Assembly (NCBI GenBank): GCA_030037435.1
Contig: JASHRI010000055.1
Location: forward strand, 1-40,044
From: Candidatus Acidiferrales bacterium
Lineage (GTDB): Bacteria; Acidobacteriota; Terriglobia; Acidiferrales; UBA7541
DNA: 40,044 nucleotides
Direction of reading: 5' to 3'
Part shown: one piece after another, positions 37,968 through 40,044 of the stretch
Numbering within the stretch: position 1 is the first letter of the stretch
Layout: the number at the start of each line of letters is the position of its first letter
Notes under the pieces: generated by a model
The model's database searches: none
What the model saw: the letters and a program-made list of their open reading frames with translations, nothing else
Told to the model about the DNA's origin: nothing
Translations under genes and position numbers: made by a program

Positions 37968-40044
37968 TTAGAACGAATACTTCAGCGCGAACTGCATGAT
38001 CCGAGGATCGTTGGTTGTTTGAGCCAAAGCGCCTAGTCCGGTGACGCTGCCCGGCGTCGGCTGGCCGAACGTCGGCAAAAGCGCCGCTCCAAGGCCACTT
38101 GGCAGATACAGGTTCGCGTGATTCGGAAGGTTGAACACTTCCCAGCGGAACTCTACCTGCTGGCCTTCGGTAATCTGGAAGAGTCTGGAAAGCGCCGTAT
38201 TCACAATGATGGATCCCGGCCCAAACAAGCTATTGTTCGCTAGGTTCCCAAACGGCGCTGTCGAACCCAATGTCGCTGGTGTGAGATAAAAAGTCGGAAC
38301 GCCCGACGGCGCGGTAAACGAGGCTGGGTTCAGCCAGCACGTTCGCCCCTGGTGCGCGCAGTACGGAGGCCCGACCAAATTCGGCCGCTGCTGCAAGCCA
38401 TTGCCATCGCCCGCATAGTCCAGCAAAAGGCTCGGTTCTGTTCCAAATCCCGACAAATCGATTCCCGATTGCACGATTGCCGAAACCGATGCCCTCCAAT
38501 GACCGAGCAGAGTCTCCATCGCGCGACTCTCGAAATGTGGTGTCTCCGCCACCACGGTCTGGTTAAAGATGTCGTGCGTATCGACGCTTGGGCAATTGCC
38601 GCGATCCGCGTGTCGGTTGTACGGCACCTCATCCGTCACCAGGAATAGACCAAGAGTGGTGGTTGCGTTATCCGAAATGCAGTGCGACCACGTGAAGTTC
38701 GTCGTCGAAGTAAAGTGCTTCGCAAATGGATGCCGCGCCGAAACCAGCAGCCCGTTGTAGTACCCCGTGCCTCCCTCATCCAACAGAAGTGTCTCGCCGT
38801 AGCAGGATGCGAGTGTCCCCGTCCCGCACTGCGCCCACGGATAGTTGAACAACCGCCGCCCATTGGTCGGGACCGGGCATACAAAACCAGGTAAAAACGA
38901 GGGGCACCCGTCCTGAAGCCCTGGATTGGCCTCGTTGTTTAACCAGAGATGCCGCTGCTGATTCCCCAGATAGCTCAACGAGAGGACCCAACCCGCGCCA
39001 ACCTGTTTTTCCACGCTCAGGTTGTATTGCATCACGTACGTTGGCTTGATGCTTTGGGGGTAGCTGAACACCAGTGCGCCGGGCAGATAGGCAGCATTCT
39101 TCGGCCCAGTTCCTACGTATTGCGGGAAAGGATCGACGTCAGTGTGCGTGACTCCCGATTGGTCATTGAATGAGAAATTCGCCCAAGGGTCGCTTAGGCA
39201 CGTGGTTGTACAGCCGTCGCCGGGTACAGTCACCGATCCGCCGTATGGCTCCTCAAACCCGAACTGGTCATAGGAGAAATTTGGGAAGTCATAGAAGATG
39301 CCAAACCCCGCTCGGACAGACATGCGCCCATTGCCTTCAGGGTCCCAGGCGACTCCGATGCGGGGACTCCACTTGTCCAATGCGTTTCCCGTGTATTTGT
39401 TATTAGTCGGTCCGCCGGGATCACCCTGGAACAGATAACCCGCGGGCGCAGTGGGAAACTTCGTGCTATGCACGTTAGCCATCAGGTCGGGGATCGAAAT
39501 CGACACCACTTGGCCCTCCGGGTCGCTATGGCCGAAGAATGGATCCCAGCGCAGTCCCAGCGTAATCGTAACCCGCGGCGTGATTTTCCACGCGTCTTGC
39601 GCATACAGCGCAAATACGTTCTGGTGCTGGTCTGACGGCACAGGAGCGGCTTGCGTGAAACCGTTGCTGTTCGATGTTTCCCCTACCAGGTAGTCCGCCA
39701 GACCCAGACCAGTGCGCGAGCCGTCGAAGTCGAAAGCGCCTTGGGAGTTCAGATAGTTCGTGGCAAAAGCTCTCAGGTTGATGTAATCCAAGCCAAACGA
39801 AAACTGGTGGGCGCCCTTCGTCCACGACACGTCGTCGGAAAATTCCAGCGTGTCATAAGGTTGCAGCGAGGGCGTCGATGCCAGGAATCCTCCCAGCTGT
39901 GAATTGATGCCCCACGTAATCATGTAATTCGGGAATTTCGGCGGCGCCAGTTGATAAATGTTCGGTGCCGGCAGGCCCGCGGCCGAAAACAGATCTCCGA
40001 GGGTGAGCGTCGAGTTCTCAACGGTCAGGTTATGGCTTCGGTTC
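37968..40044 (-). CDS. TonB-dependent receptor-type outer-membrane beta-barrel (partial; N-terminus lies beyond the window end)
   Basis: The frame is open to the window edge: translation upstream of the track's Met continues ...NRSHNLTVENSTLTLGDLFSAAGLPAPNIYQLAPPKFPNYMITWG. The sequence has amphipathic beta-strand character, is Gly/Asn/Tyr/Phe-rich, and ends in the canonical barrel terminus ...DPRIMQFALKYSF (C-terminal Phe). Confidence 0.8.
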   Translation of the reverse strand, partial: NRSHNLTVENSTLTLGDLFSAAGLPAPNIYQLAPPKFPNYMITWGINSQLGGFLASTPSLQPYDTLEFSDDVSWTKGAHQFSFGLDYINLRAFATNYLNSQGAFDFDGSRTGLGLADYLVGETSNSNGFTQAAPVPSDQHQNVFALYAQDAWKITPRVTITLGLRWDPFFGHSDPEGQVVSISIPDLMANVHSTKFPTAPAGYLFQGDPGGPTNNKYTGNALDKWSPRIGVAWDPEGNGRMSVRAGFGIFYDFPNFSYDQFGFEEPYGGSVTVPGDGCTTTCLSDPWANFSFNDQSGVTHTDVDPFPQYVGTGPKNAAYLPGALVFSYPQSIKPTYVMQYNLSVEKQVGAGWVLSLSYLGNQQRHLWLNNEANPGLQDGCPSFLPGFVCPVPTNGRRLFNYPWAQCGTGTLASCYGETLLLDEGGTGYYNGLLVSARHPFAKHFTSTTNFTWSHCISDNATTTLGLFLVTDEVPYNRHADRGNCPSVDTHDIFNQTVVAETPHFESRAMETLLGHWRASVSAIVQSGIDLSGFGTEPSLLLDYAGDGNGLQQRPNLVGPPYCAHQGRTCWLNPASFTAPSGVPTFYLTPATLGSTAPFGNLANNSLFGPGSIIVNTALSRLFQITEGQQVEFRWEVFNLPNHANLYLPSGLGAALLPTFGQPTPGSVTGLGALAQTTNDPRIMQFALKYSF

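Overview
This is a 40 kb high-GC chromosomal segment from a Gram-negative bacterium. The protein sequences and the TonB-dependent receptor type suggest Acidobacteriota, but that is a guess I cannot verify here. The content is almost entirely housekeeping genes, densely packed and mostly on the minus strand.

Gene content, left to right:
- A 3'-truncated MsbA-like ABC exporter.
- An LPS-transport/sigma-54 cluster: a giant LptC/LptA-like protein, then lptB, rpoN and rapZ.
- A GAF-GGDEF diguanylate cyclase.
- A RodZ-like HTH protein followed by a helical-repeat protein.
- An RlmI-like rRNA methyltransferase.
- A heat-shock cluster: hsp20, clpB, htpX.
- A membrane-anchored coiled-coil protein.
- A 56-aa basic protein.
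- nagA.
- A glutaredoxin-like protein.
- A seven-gene F1Fo ATP synthase operon (b', b, delta, alpha, gamma, beta, epsilon) with no a or c subunit genes.
- A YyaL/DUF255 thioredoxin-domain protein.
- A non-heme haloperoxidase-type alpha/beta hydrolase.
- A HIBADH-family oxidoreductase.
- A TreT-type trehalose synthase, translationally coupled to an internally duplicated protein of unknown function.
- The SOS mutagenesis cassette imuA-imuB-dnaE2.
- The C-terminal barrel of a TonB-dependent receptor, which runs off the right edge.

I found no rRNA, tRNA, CRISPR array, transposase or obvious defence system. Nothing here is a clear-cut novel system. The best candidates for a second look are:
- The 781-aa single-polypeptide LptC plus multi-LptA protein.
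- The tandem-duplicated unknown protein coupled to treT.
- The control regions of the hsp20 and imuA operons.
- An unusually long (about 610 bp) non-coding divergent region at 26978-27588.

All promoter and operator calls are pattern matches made by eye and are unverified.
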